Shown piece by piece: positions 1-9,706 of a stretch of DNA of 64,000 nt. How positions within the stretch are numbered: the first letter of the stretch is position 1; each line of letters starts with the position of its first letter. Where the stretch lies: contig JAVVEL010000004.1 in NCBI GenBank assembly GCA_032260385.1, positions 9,111 through 73,110 on the forward strand, in the 5' to 3' direction. This stretch comes from Bacteroidales bacterium (GTDB taxonomy: Bacteria; Bacteroidota; Bacteroidia; Bacteroidales; VadinHA17). The translations under genes and the position numbers were made by a program. The notes beneath the pieces are model-generated. The model saw nothing but the letters and a program-made list of their open reading frames with translations, ran no database searches and had not been told where the DNA came from.

Positions 1-350
1 GCTGGACTGAAATAACATGGTTAAGAAGATCCCTGTCAATTGCTGCCGTTTTAATTGCAGGACTCTTTGTGGGTCAGCAATTATTTCTTGTTAACCGGAT
101 AAGCGGGATAGAGGAGCGTATGGTAGGTTTCAATACCGATAATATACTGGAATTTCAGAGAGAAAATGTTATTGCAAATCAGGTTATTATGCAAGATCCG
201 GAAACTTCAATCCTTGCCGATAGTATTAAGGTTTCCACGGATGACCTTCTTAAGCTTATAAGGGAATACAGGGAGTTGCAGGATAAATATCAACAAATTA
301 TCGGATCAAAAAAGAAAGGGATAAATAATCACGCTGTGCAAAAACTATAA
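1..350 (+). CDS. hypothetical membrane-anchored protein, 5'-truncated by the window edge
   Basis: Frame 3 is open from position 3 with no stop, so the listed GTG at 69 is probably internal. It contains one hydrophobic helix (SLSIAAVLIAGLFVGQQLFLV) followed by a charged, coil-like tail. No family was recognised. Confidence 0.4.
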   Translation, partial: WTEITWLRRSLSIAAVLIAGLFVGQQLFLVNRISGIEERMVGFNTDNILEFQRENVIANQVIMQDPETSILADSIKVSTDDLLKLIREYRELQDKYQQIIGSKKKGINNHAVQKL

Positions 351-353
351 GCA

Positions 354-1391
354 ATGAAAAGAAAGATCAATATAATGTTACTGGGCCTTGGCATGCTTAT
401 TATGGCTTCCTGCGATAGGCCCGATGCACTTGTAATAAATATCATAAGGGAGGATGGCTCAGTAAGCAGAAAAATTATCCTTACCCATTCAAAGAATGAA
501 TTCGACCTTGATGATTGCCAGGTGCCTGTTGACAGCACATGGAACATAACAAGAAAATATGATGTCTCTGAAAAGGGGGATACCACTTATACTCTCACAG
601 CCACCAGGGATTTTAATTCGGTAGAGGAATTGAACCGGATGTATGATAGCTACGGGGGGGCAAATGAAGGGATGAGCAGAAGGGCTGATTTTAAGAAAAA
701 GTTCAGGTGGTTCAATACACACTACCATTTTAATGAGTATGTAGGCAGGGCAATAGAAGGGATACCCCCGCATGAATTTTTTAACGCTGAGGAGCTAAAT
801 TACTTTTATATGCCTGATAAGCTTGTTGAAATTGCACTGGAGGGCTCAGACAGCAGCCAAATAAGGGAGACGATTTTAGAGCCATTGGAAGAAAAGACAG
901 AACAATGGATTGGCAGAAGCCTTGCAAGGGCTTTTGTGAACAAAATAATCGATACCGTAAGTACCAATCCTGAAATTAAGATCGATACAGGCCGCCTGCA
1001 CTTCAAGGAAGATGAAATAACTGCATCTATACTGTTTGAGGAGATGGAAGAGCAAGAATTCGTAGACAGCCTTTTGGGTCCGGGTTTATATGAAGCCCAC
1101 AGTGCACTGAATGACACACTTATTTCTGAGCTTGAGGATGAATTCAGCCTTGCGTTAAATACAGATTCATATCTGATCCAGACAATTATGCCCGGAGAAC
1201 TGGTGGCTACCAATGGATATATCGATGAAGACGGTAATGTGGTCTGGGAAGTAAAGGGGGAGGTACTTCTGTCAGATGATTATAATATGTGGGCTGAATC
1301 AAAGGAGAGAAATACCTGGGCATGGATATTAACGGGATTGTTTTTACTATTTGTTATATCAGGTTTGATCACCAGGACATTCAGGAGATGA
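354..1391 (+). CDS. hypothetical lipoprotein with a C-terminal transmembrane anchor
   Basis: The N-terminus MKRKINIMLLGLGMLIMASC looks like a signal peptide with a lipobox-like Cys. The C-terminus WAWILTGLFLLFVISGLI is a TM helix. It starts 4 nt after the preceding ORF. No family was recognised. Confidence 0.6.
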   Translation: MKRKINIMLLGLGMLIMASCDRPDALVINIIREDGSVSRKIILTHSKNEFDLDDCQVPVDSTWNITRKYDVSEKGDTTYTLTATRDFNSVEELNRMYDSYGGANEGMSRRADFKKKFRWFNTHYHFNEYVGRAIEGIPPHEFFNAEELNYFYMPDKLVEIALEGSDSSQIRETILEPLEEKTEQWIGRSLARAFVNKIIDTVSTNPEIKIDTGRLHFKEDEITASILFEEMEEQEFVDSLLGPGLYEAHSALNDTLISELEDEFSLALNTDSYLIQTIMPGELVATNGYIDEDGNVVWEVKGEVLLSDDYNMWAESKERNTWAWILTGLFLLFVISGLITRTFRR

Positions 1392-1470
1392 TCAGGGCAG
1401 GAAGCCCCGGGGCTCATCTGAAAACTGTCCTGTATTATTTTTTGCCTGCATCAAAATAACAGAGAGAAAA

Positions 1471-1496
1471 CGGCAGACTCCATAAGGAGACTGCCG
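1471..1496 (-). terminator. intrinsic terminator after the ECF sigma gene
   Basis: CGGCAGACTCC-ATAA-GGAGACTGCCG forms a hairpin with one A:A mismatch. On the minus strand it is followed by TTTTCTCTCTGTTATTTT. It lies between convergent genes. Confidence 0.5.
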
Positions 1497-1526
1497 CCGA
1501 CATTAATTGGAAACTGACTGGTCTGG

Positions 1527-2042
1527 CTAACGGTAATCATCGAGTAATTCCATTAGCTTCTTCCTGGTGAAAAATATACGACTTTTTACTGTTCCGATTT
1601 TAAGATCAAGCTTTTCAGCAATTTCCTTATATTTAAATCCCTGAACGTGCATCATAAAGGGTACCTTAAATTCATCCTCAAGGCTTTCAATTACTTTTTC
1701 AAGCTCATTGACCGAATAATTCGACTCGGGAGAAATAAAACCTGAATCCTGTGGCAGATTAAGGAAATAAAGATCCTGGGAACCGTCAATTATGGTGTTT
1801 TCCTTGACTGACCGCCTGTAATTATTTATAAAAGTGTTCTTCATTATTGTAAATACCCAAGCCTTGAGATTAGTGTAATCAACAAACTTATCCTTGTAGG
1901 TTATAGCCTTCATGTATGTGTCCTGCACCAGGTCTTCAGCCCTGGTCTGGTCTGTAGTAAGACTGAGTGCAAACTTCATCATGTTGTCTTCGAGGCTTAC
2001 CAGATTCTTATTGAATTCAACTGTTGTCATTGTTTTTATCAT
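1527..2042 (-). CDS. RNA polymerase sigma-70 factor, ECF subfamily
   Basis: 171 aa. Region 2 resembles AEDLVQDTYMKAITYKDKF...NLKAWVFTIMKNTFINNYRR. Region 4 HTH resembles FKYKEIAEKLDLKIGTVKSRIFFTRKKL. Confidence 0.85.
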   Translation of the reverse strand: MIKTMTTVEFNKNLVSLEDNMMKFALSLTTDQTRAEDLVQDTYMKAITYKDKFVDYTNLKAWVFTIMKNTFINNYRRSVKENTIIDGSQDLYFLNLPQDSGFISPESNYSVNELEKVIESLEDEFKVPFMMHVQGFKYKEIAEKLDLKIGTVKSRIFFTRKKLMELLDDYR

Positions 2043-2062
2043 TTTGGGTGTTTAATTGAAAT

Positions 2063-2070
2063 CAAAATTA
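2063..2070 (-). promoter_or_regulatory. candidate Bacteroidota -7 promoter box (TAnnTTTG) for the ECF sigma gene
   Basis: The minus strand reads TAATTTTG, 21 nt upstream of the ATG at 2042. Confidence 0.4.
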
Positions 2071-2339
2071 ATTGAACAAATTCGGATAAACAAATCCTAA
2101 TATCCTAAAATGCCCTTTTTAGTGAAGTTGTCTAAATAGAGAACTATCTTTAATAAATTAGTAAACAGTAGAATAGCTCTTATATCAGATTGTTCATACA
2201 AATTATTTCTAAATAAGAATCAGAAGAAATATTTAATCAAAATATTTACCTCGATTTATTGGCAAACTAAAGGAAGACCCCCATGCAATATTCTTTTACT
2301 ATATTTAAATTCATTTAACTGGATAAATCTGGATAGGAG

Positions 2340-3170
2340 ATGGAAATAAAATTAAGACCTGCCGGAACGGCCGAATTATACGGAATTTATTTACCGGTCA
2401 AGAAGGCCGTGGCATGCATAATATTGGTCCATGGCCTTGGTGAGCATATTGGCCGATATAAGGACATGGCAGCATTTTTTAACGAAAACAAGTATTCGTT
2501 TATCGGACCTGATTTGCCGGGACATGGAAAGTCCCCGGGCAAAAGAGGACATATAAGGGATTTTAGTCTGTACAACAATATCATTGATGAAGTGGCCTCC
2601 TATGTAAGGGAGCATGAGGGTGATATTCCCCTGGTTCTGTATGGAAACAGTCTTGGAGGGAGTATAGCTCTTAATTATCTGGTGACCGGTAAAAATATTC
2701 ATAGCGGGATAATAACTTCTCCCTGGCTTAAATTGAGCTTCGAACCACCTGGGATTAAAGTACTTCTTGCACGGGTCTTCAGCGGATTGATTCCCTCGCT
2801 TTTACAAGATTCAGGGCTTGATCCTGATGACCTTTCTCAAGATAAAAATGTGGTTAAGAATTACAGGTCGGATCCGCTGGTTCATTCTTTGATTTCGTTA
2901 GGCCTCTATGTTGCTGCAAGCCGTAATGCTTCTGCTTTATTGGAATGCCGGGACAAGCTGCAGGTTCCTGTTCTGATAATGCATGGAGGATGTGACAGAA
3001 TATTGTCTGCTGAAGGATCTGAAACCTTTGCCGGGAATAACAGGATGGCGGAATTAAAGATCTGGGCAGATGGATTCCATGAGCTTCATAACGAGGTATT
3101 CCGCGAAGAGGTATACGTTTATATATTAAAATGGTTAAATAAAAGGTATGAAATTCAGAACAGAAATTGA
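2340..3170 (+). CDS. alpha/beta hydrolase (lysophospholipase / monoacylglycerol lipase-like)
   Basis: 276 aa. It has an HGLGEH oxyanion region, the nucleophile elbow GNSLGG (GxSxG), and a C-terminal GFHELHNE catalytic His region. Confidence 0.8.
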   Translation: MEIKLRPAGTAELYGIYLPVKKAVACIILVHGLGEHIGRYKDMAAFFNENKYSFIGPDLPGHGKSPGKRGHIRDFSLYNNIIDEVASYVREHEGDIPLVLYGNSLGGSIALNYLVTGKNIHSGIITSPWLKLSFEPPGIKVLLARVFSGLIPSLLQDSGLDPDDLSQDKNVVKNYRSDPLVHSLISLGLYVAASRNASALLECRDKLQVPVLIMHGGCDRILSAEGSETFAGNNRMAELKIWADGFHELHNEVFREEVYVYILKWLNKRYEIQNRN

Positions 3171-4134
3171 CATCAGGCCCGCGCCTGTGAAAGCAGGGTA
3201 TGACACTCCTGTAATGTTGACCGGTTCGTGCTTTGCCGGGGAAATCGGGAAGCAGTTCTCCAATGGCAAAATGAAAGCGCTGATAAATCCTTTTGGAGTT
3301 ATATATAATCCTTTATCAACATCACGCTCTTTAGAACTTATTATGGAGGGTAAAGAATTCACAGCAGAGGATCTCTTCCATTACGATAATAAATATTTGA
3401 GTTTCTTTCATGATACAGGTTTTTCTTCCCGCAACAGAATTGAGATACTTGATAAAATTAACCGTTCCCTTTCAGATGCCGGCAGCTTCCTGTCCGGTGC
3501 TTCCTTCCTGTTCATAACCTTTGGCACAGCCTGGGTTTACAGGTGGAAGGAGAATAACAGGGTGGTGGCCAACTGCCATAAGATCCCGGCAGCCAGATTT
3601 ACCAGGGAGCTTCTTAAACCGGAGGATATTATATCAGAATGGCTGGGTATTATTGAGAAACTGGAAGATTTTAACACCGGGCTCAACATTGTTTTTACTG
3701 TCAGCCCTGTTCGTCACCTTAAGGACGGTGCCCATGGCAACCAGCTTAGTAAGTCTATCCTCCTGGTAGCAATAAACGAGTTACTATCATTAAACGGTAA
3801 ACTGTCTTATTTCCCTTCGTATGAGATAATGCTGGATGAACTCAGGGATTACAGGTTCTATAAAAAAGACATGGTTCATCCTTCTGAAACCGCAGTGGAT
3901 TACATATGGGAGAAGTTTAAGGATTGCTATTTTACTGACAATACAAAGACCGTCTACGAAAGGCTTGTAAAAATTACTGAAGCGGCAAAGCATGTTATTA
4001 CCGGTAATGACAGTCATGACAATGCTAAATTCGGCAAAACAATACTGGGCAAAATAGAAATGTTACTGAACGAATACCCGGGTATTGATCTGGAAGAGGA
4101 AGAAAAATATTTTAAAAGTCTGCTGAACAAATAA
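3148..4134 (+). CDS. GSCFA domain-containing protein
   Basis: 328 aa. The eponymous motif TGSCFAGEIG is near the N-terminus. It overlaps the hydrolase 3' end by 23 nt. Confidence 0.8.
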   Translation: MKFRTEIDIRPAPVKAGYDTPVMLTGSCFAGEIGKQFSNGKMKALINPFGVIYNPLSTSRSLELIMEGKEFTAEDLFHYDNKYLSFFHDTGFSSRNRIEILDKINRSLSDAGSFLSGASFLFITFGTAWVYRWKENNRVVANCHKIPAARFTRELLKPEDIISEWLGIIEKLEDFNTGLNIVFTVSPVRHLKDGAHGNQLSKSILLVAINELLSLNGKLSYFPSYEIMLDELRDYRFYKKDMVHPSETAVDYIWEKFKDCYFTDNTKTVYERLVKITEAAKHVITGNDSHDNAKFGKTILGKIEMLLNEYPGIDLEEEEKYFKSLLNK

Positions 4135-4193
4135 ACTTTTTGTCTAAATAAGTGTTTGTAGATTTAAACAGACATTATTTTAAAAAAAAGGAA

Positions 4194-6626
4194 ATGACAG
4201 AAGGCTGCAAAACGAGGGGATTAAACCCTGTGCAACTGCGATTATATTTTTTTACAATTTTTCTGGCTTTATTTACTTTTCCTTTAATGTCACAGGAAAA
4301 GGAGGGCCGGGTAAAGGGTCGTGTTTATAATGAAGCAACCAATGAAGGAGTTCCTTTCGCCACGGTTGTTATTTCAGGTACAAGCACCGGGGCCATGACC
4401 GATTTTGACGGTAATTTTACCTTTACAGGGATAGAGCCCGGATACATCCAGTTAAAGGCTTCTTCTGTGGGATATGAGACCTATGTTTCAAATTCTTTCC
4501 TGGTAACAAGGGATAAGGCAGTTACTGTTGATTTACCCCTGCTTGAGATGGTTGTAGGGATTGAGGATGTTGTGGTTAAACCTTCCCCTTTCAGAAAGAA
4601 ACTTGAATCACCTGTTTCAGTGCGTATTATAGGCATACAGGAGATAGAGAAGAGCCCGGGGGGTAACAGGGATATTTCAAAGGTGATCCAGTCATTCCCC
4701 GGAGTGGCATCCACGCCTGCCTACAGGAACGATGTTATAGTAAGGGGTGGCGGACCAAATGAGAACAGGTTCTACCTTGATGAGATAGAGATACCCTACC
4801 TTAATCATTTTTCAACCCAGGGAGCTTCCGGAGGTCCTGTTGGTATTATTAATGTTGATTTTATCAAAGAGCTTAATTTTTACTCGGGTGCTTTTCCTGC
4901 TTCGCTTGGAAATGCCATGAGTTCAGTTTTGAGTTTCAGGCAGATAGACGGTAATGATGAGAAGATGAAATTCAGGGCAACGGTGGGAGCATCTGACCTG
5001 GGACTTACCATTGATGGTCCCACAGGCAAAAACAGCACTCTCATTATGTCGGCCAGGAGGTCCTACCTTCAGTTTCTGTTTTCCGCCATTGGCCTGCCCT
5101 TCCTGCCGACCTACAATGATTTTCAGTTTAAACACAAGACAAAAATATCTGATAAAGGAGAACTCACAGTACTCGGTATTGGCGCCCTGGATGATTTTGA
5201 ATTGAACAGGGAGGCTGATGATACGGAGTACCAGAGGTATATACTTGATTTTATCCCCGTACAGAAGCAATACAGTTATACCTTTGGAATAAGGTATAAG
5301 CATTTCCGTGACAGGGGCTATGATACCTGGGTAATCAGCAGGAGCTATCTCAATAATCTCCAGTACAAATATGCCGGGAATAACGAGGTGGATTCACTGA
5401 AGGTTTTCGATTACAAATCAGGCGAGGGCGAGAATAAGTTCAGGTATGAAAGGAACACTCAGTACAACAACGGGTTCAGGCTTGAATACGGGGTATCCTA
5501 TGAAAATGCTCTTTACAGGAATGCTACTTTTCAGAAATTATTTATAGGATCTGCTGTGCAGGCAATCAGTTATGATGCTTCCATAAGGCTCAATAAATAT
5601 GCTGCCTTTGGTCAGGTTTCAAAGAGCTTCCTCAACAATGGCCTCACTCTTTCGCTTGGTATCCGTGCGGATGGGGTAAACTACACTGCAAACATGGCGA
5701 ATCCACTGAATAATCTGTCTCCCAGATTATCACTTTCATATAATTTCAACGAACAATTCAGTTTCAATTTTAACACTGGCAGGTTTGTACAGTTGCCTCC
5801 ATACACTACAATGGGTTATGCTGACGAAGATGGCACCTTCATTAATAAAGAAAACGGGCTAACCTATATAAAGAGCGATCATATTGTTGCTGGATTTGAG
5901 TATATTCCCGATGAATCAATACAGGTAACAGTTGAAGGTTTTTATAAGAAGTACTCAGACTATCCCTATTCAGTCAGGGATTCCATTCCCTTGTCAAGCA
6001 AGAGTGCTGATTTTGGGACCTTCGGAGATGAAGAGGTATTGTCAATATCAGAAGGACGTGCCTATGGCTTTGAATTTCTCGGGAGGCTGAAAAATTTTAA
6101 AGGAACCAACCTTGTTATGTCGTATACCCTCGTAAGGAGTGAATTTAAAGGGCTTGACGGCAGCTATATCCCAACGGCATGGGACAATAAACATCTTTTT
6201 AATCTCACCGCCACCCGTAAATTCAAAAACAACTGGGAAGCAGGTATTAAATGGAGATTTATCGGTGGTTCACCCTACACACCATGGGACCTGGAGAAAT
6301 CGTCTGACAGGCTTGCATGGGATGTACGCGGACGTGGTTACCTGGATTATTCCCTTTTTAACACGGAAAGGTTAAAGGCCTTCCACCAGCTGGATATAAG
6401 GATTGACAAGTCATTTTTCTTTGACAGGTGGACACTTATGATATATGCCGATGTACAAAACATTTATAATTTCAAGGCAGATCAGCCTCCCATACTGGTC
6501 CGTGAAACTGATGAGAACAATGTTCCACTTGTTGACCCCGGAAACCCGGATAAGTATGAGTTAAAATATATTGAGGGAAGAGTCGGGAATGTTTTGCCTA
6601 CTGTCGGAATAATAGTTGAATTCTAA
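4194..6626 (+). CDS. TonB-dependent receptor with N-terminal carboxypeptidase-regulatory-like domain
   Basis: A signal-like LRLYFFTIFLALFTFPLMSQ is followed by a CarboxypepD_reg-like segment (GRVYNEATNEGVPFATVVISGTSTGAMTDFDGNFTF), a plug region, and a long beta-barrel ending in ...VGIIVEF with a terminal aromatic. I prefer the ATG at 4194 over the GTG at 4152. Confidence 0.85.
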   Translation: MTEGCKTRGLNPVQLRLYFFTIFLALFTFPLMSQEKEGRVKGRVYNEATNEGVPFATVVISGTSTGAMTDFDGNFTFTGIEPGYIQLKASSVGYETYVSNSFLVTRDKAVTVDLPLLEMVVGIEDVVVKPSPFRKKLESPVSVRIIGIQEIEKSPGGNRDISKVIQSFPGVASTPAYRNDVIVRGGGPNENRFYLDEIEIPYLNHFSTQGASGGPVGIINVDFIKELNFYSGAFPASLGNAMSSVLSFRQIDGNDEKMKFRATVGASDLGLTIDGPTGKNSTLIMSARRSYLQFLFSAIGLPFLPTYNDFQFKHKTKISDKGELTVLGIGALDDFELNREADDTEYQRYILDFIPVQKQYSYTFGIRYKHFRDRGYDTWVISRSYLNNLQYKYAGNNEVDSLKVFDYKSGEGENKFRYERNTQYNNGFRLEYGVSYENALYRNATFQKLFIGSAVQAISYDASIRLNKYAAFGQVSKSFLNNGLTLSLGIRADGVNYTANMANPLNNLSPRLSLSYNFNEQFSFNFNTGRFVQLPPYTTMGYADEDGTFINKENGLTYIKSDHIVAGFEYIPDESIQVTVEGFYKKYSDYPYSVRDSIPLSSKSADFGTFGDEEVLSISEGRAYGFEFLGRLKNFKGTNLVMSYTLVRSEFKGLDGSYIPTAWDNKHLFNLTATRKFKNNWEAGIKWRFIGGSPYTPWDLEKSSDRLAWDVRGRGYLDYSLFNTERLKAFHQLDIRIDKSFFFDRWTLMIYADVQNIYNFKADQPPILVRETDENNVPLVDPGNPDKYELKYIEGRVGNVLPTVGIIVEF

Positions 6627-6638
6627 TTTAGACTTAAA

Positions 6639-7394
6639 ATGAAAAATTTAATAGCCATACTCATTATTTTATCTTTATCATATTCATGTTCCCTGAAGTC
6701 GGGTCAATCTGATGCCACGGAAGAGGAGGATATTCTTTATTTCACAAAAAATGAAAACAGTATAGGACCGTGGATAACTGTTGAATTTCAGAAAGGCGAG
6801 TCATTTTATTATCCCTTAATGGCGATATGGCTGGAAGATCTGGAAGGTAATTATATCCAGACCCTTTTTGTGCCGGAATCGGTTGCCACTTCAGTTTACA
6901 GGTTCGGGGAAGTGAAAGACGGAAAATGGGAAGCAGGTGTAAGGAGATGGCCTCAGACACTCCCATACTGGGCTCATAAGAGGAATATAAAAGCCTCCGA
7001 CGGCCTTTTTATGCCTGATCCTGATAATCCGGTACCGGATGCATATAGTGGCGCCACCCCCATTACAGGTTTTGTTATGTCGGCACGGGCTGATGAGCCG
7101 GTGGAAAAGCCCGTGAATGTAATGCTGGAGCTTAACCAGAACTGGGACTGGAACGAATACTGGACCAATGATAAGTATCCCGGTGATGAGTATTATCTGA
7201 GATCGTGTCAGCCGGCTGTTGTTTACAAGGCAACTATCAATCCGGCATTTCCGGACAGGGAAGTCGTTATGAAGGCAATCGGACACAGCCATCCCTCAGG
7301 CAGCACGGGCGAGTTGTTCAGTGATCTGAGTACGCTAACAACAGCTCTCACTATAGCAGATTCAATAAATGTATATATTGGTAAGGTGAAATGA
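6639..7394 (+). CDS. hypothetical lipoprotein, probably co-transcribed with the TonB-dependent receptor
   Basis: MKNLIAILIILSLSYSCS is a signal peptide with a lipobox Cys. It starts 12 nt after the receptor stop. Family is uncertain; a DUF2271-like call is only a weak recollection. Confidence 0.6.
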   Translation: MKNLIAILIILSLSYSCSLKSGQSDATEEEDILYFTKNENSIGPWITVEFQKGESFYYPLMAIWLEDLEGNYIQTLFVPESVATSVYRFGEVKDGKWEAGVRRWPQTLPYWAHKRNIKASDGLFMPDPDNPVPDAYSGATPITGFVMSARADEPVEKPVNVMLELNQNWDWNEYWTNDKYPGDEYYLRSCQPAVVYKATINPAFPDREVVMKAIGHSHPSGSTGELFSDLSTLTTALTIADSINVYIGKVK

Positions 7395-7396
7395 TA

Positions 7397-7768
7397 CTAG
7401 GGTGAGTCTATAAGTATCTTTTTTACGCTACGGGTTTTATCCTCAAATTCTATGGTTACGAGGTATATACCTTTCTGAACGTTGGAAAAACTAATTTCAG
7501 CCCTGTTACGCGGGTAATTATACTTTTCCCTCGTAGTCTCCTGACCGATTATGTTGGTTAGCCTGACAAAGGTAAAAGCCTTGTCACTCGTAATTGTAAA
7601 GCGGTTGTTTGTTACGGGGACGGGAAAGATTTTTATATTTGTATCTTCTTCAAAGGAATTTTCAGTAATCAGGCTTTTTTCGCCGGCAGAGTTTATTTCC
7701 TTAGACTGGCCCTCAGCAAGTCCTGAGCCCAGGAAGATAAGTAATATGGAAAGCGTAATTAACCTCAT
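7397..7768 (-). CDS. small secreted protein consisting almost only of a T9SS C-terminal sorting domain
   Basis: 123 aa. The signal peptide is MRLITLSILLIFLGSGLAEGQ. The C-terminal ~85 aa (IKIFPVPVTNNRFTI...KGIYLVTIEFEDKTRSVKKILI) has the typical T9SS type-A CTD pattern. Confidence 0.6.
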   Translation of the reverse strand: MRLITLSILLIFLGSGLAEGQSKEINSAGEKSLITENSFEEDTNIKIFPVPVTNNRFTITSDKAFTFVRLTNIIGQETTREKYNYPRNRAEISFSNVQKGIYLVTIEFEDKTRSVKKILIDSP

Positions 7769-7906
7769 TTAAAGGCCCGGTTTTGTTTATTTATACGCAA
7801 ATATCGTGCTAAAGATACAAATTTTTATCTAATTTGATATTTTGAGCAAAGTCCTATGTTCATGTGACCCAGATTTTTCAAAGTTTTAAAAAAACACTAA
7901 TTTCGC

Positions 7907-9175
7907 ATGAACGAGAATAAGTATATGAAAGATTTACAGAGCATAAAACAAAGATTCGGGATCATCGGGAACTATGTAGGTCTTAACAGGGCAATAGATA
8001 TAGCCCTGCAGGTAGCTCCCACTGACCTCTCTGTACTGATTTCAGGTGAGAGCGGAACGGGGAAAGAAATTTTCCCCCAGATAATTCATCATCACAGCAA
8101 GCGCAAACACGGTCAATATATAGCGGTCAATTGCGGAGCAATACCGGAAGGGACCATCGATTCCGAACTGTTCGGACATGAAAAAGGCTCCTTTACGGGT
8201 GCAACTGACAGCCGTAAAGGTTATTTTGAGGTGGCTAACGGGGGAACAATATTTCTTGATGAAGTTGCAGAACTGCCCCTGTCAACACAGGTAAGGTTGC
8301 TTAGGGTGCTTGAATCAGGTGAGTTTATACGGGTAGGCTCTTCAAAGGTGCAAAAGACAGATGTAAGAGTTATAGCAGCTACCAATATCGATATACTCCA
8401 GGCAGTTAATTCTGGAAAATTCAGGGAAGATCTTTTTTACCGCCTTAATACTGTCCCGATAAAAATACCTCCCTTGAAGGAGAGGGGAGATGATATTCTG
8501 TTGTTATTCAGAAAATTCGCTGTCGATTTTGCAGAGAAATACCACATGCCTGCAGTCAGGCTTACCGAAGATGCCAGGCTGATGCTCACTTCTTACTCAT
8601 GGCCCGGTAACGTGAGGCAGCTTAAAAATATAACCGAACAGATTTCAATTATTGAAGGTTCAAGGGAAATAGACGGTGAAATATTAAAGGCTTACCTGCC
8701 TGATTACAGCAGCGTAAAACTGCCGGCAGTAATCAAAAGGGAAGCGGAGACTTCATTTTCATCTGAGAGAGAGATCCTCTATAAGATACTCTTTGACATG
8801 AAAAATGATATGAATGATCTCAAAAAACTGGTCCTGGACATGATTAGGGAAGGCTCTTCGGCAGTTAATCTGGACGACAGGAACTCGGGCGTTCTTCAAC
8901 GTCTGTACAGTGATGCTGCCGTAAGTGAAATAAACGGCGGTGAAACCGGAAGAGATGACAGGGATATGAAATATCCTCATGGGAAAAGACCCGAACAGAT
9001 ACAGGACACGGAAGAAATTGTTGAGGAATCCCTTTCCCTTGTTGACAAGGAAATTGAATTGATAACAAAGGCTCTGGAGAAGTATGGGGGAAAAAGAAAG
9101 CTTGCCGCCGAGGAACTTGGGATATCAGAAAGAACGCTTTACAGAAAAATTAAAGAGTATGGAATCAATCTTTAG
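7907..9175 (+). CDS. sigma-54-dependent transcriptional activator (AAA+ plus Fis-type HTH, no sensory domain)
   Basis: It has Walker A GESGTGKE, a GAFTGA-type loop (GSFTGA), Walker B IFLDEV, and a C-terminal HTH LGISERTLYRKIKEYGI. The AAA+ domain starts about 20 aa from the N-terminus. Confidence 0.85.
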   Translation: MNENKYMKDLQSIKQRFGIIGNYVGLNRAIDIALQVAPTDLSVLISGESGTGKEIFPQIIHHHSKRKHGQYIAVNCGAIPEGTIDSELFGHEKGSFTGATDSRKGYFEVANGGTIFLDEVAELPLSTQVRLLRVLESGEFIRVGSSKVQKTDVRVIAATNIDILQAVNSGKFREDLFYRLNTVPIKIPPLKERGDDILLLFRKFAVDFAEKYHMPAVRLTEDARLMLTSYSWPGNVRQLKNITEQISIIEGSREIDGEILKAYLPDYSSVKLPAVIKREAETSFSSEREILYKILFDMKNDMNDLKKLVLDMIREGSSAVNLDDRNSGVLQRLYSDAAVSEINGGETGRDDRDMKYPHGKRPEQIQDTEEIVEESLSLVDKEIELITKALEKYGGKRKLAAEELGISERTLYRKIKEYGINL

Positions 9176-9704
9176 ATATTTCCGTGCGGCCTTTGTGGTG
9201 AGATCGGTCATTATACCTGTCTTTGTTTTCATTACATTCACCGGTGATGGATGTACCGTAACTTATTCAATGAGCGGAGCAAGTATTTCACCCGATGTCA
9301 GGACTATAAGCGTGGATTATTTTGAAAACAGGGCAGGCCTTGTTCAACCGGGTCTGAGCCAGTATCTTACAGATGAGCTGACGGATAAATGCAGGGCCCA
9401 GACAAACCTTAACTTTGTTAATGAGGCCGGTGATGTCAGCTTTGAAGGAGAAATTACCGACTACAGGAATGAACCTCTAACGATATCGGGCGACGCCAGG
9501 GCAGCAATGAACAGGTTCACAATTTCCGTCAGTGTAAGATTTACCAATCTTGTTGAACCTGATTTCAGCTATGAACAAACGTTTACAAGATATGAGGATT
9601 ATGACAGTGCCAAAGAGCTGAGCCAGGTGGAGCAGGAACTTACCGAGAAAATAGTTGAACAAATTGTTGAAGATATCTTTAACAGGGCATTCGTGAACTG
9701 GTAA
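9159..9704 (+). CDS. LptE-like lipoprotein
   Basis: I chose the ATG at 9159, which overlaps the activator 3' end. It has a hydrophobic N-terminus with Cys (VFVFITFTGDGC). The body resembles the LptE family (FENRAG...L...ELTDK...EGEITDY). The position after the sigma-54 activator is the conserved Bacteroidota arrangement as I recall it. Confidence 0.5.
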   Translation: MESIFRYFRAAFVVRSVIIPVFVFITFTGDGCTVTYSMSGASISPDVRTISVDYFENRAGLVQPGLSQYLTDELTDKCRAQTNLNFVNEAGDVSFEGEITDYRNEPLTISGDARAAMNRFTISVSVRFTNLVEPDFSYEQTFTRYEDYDSAKELSQVEQELTEKIVEQIVEDIFNRAFVNW

Positions 9705-9706
9705 TT

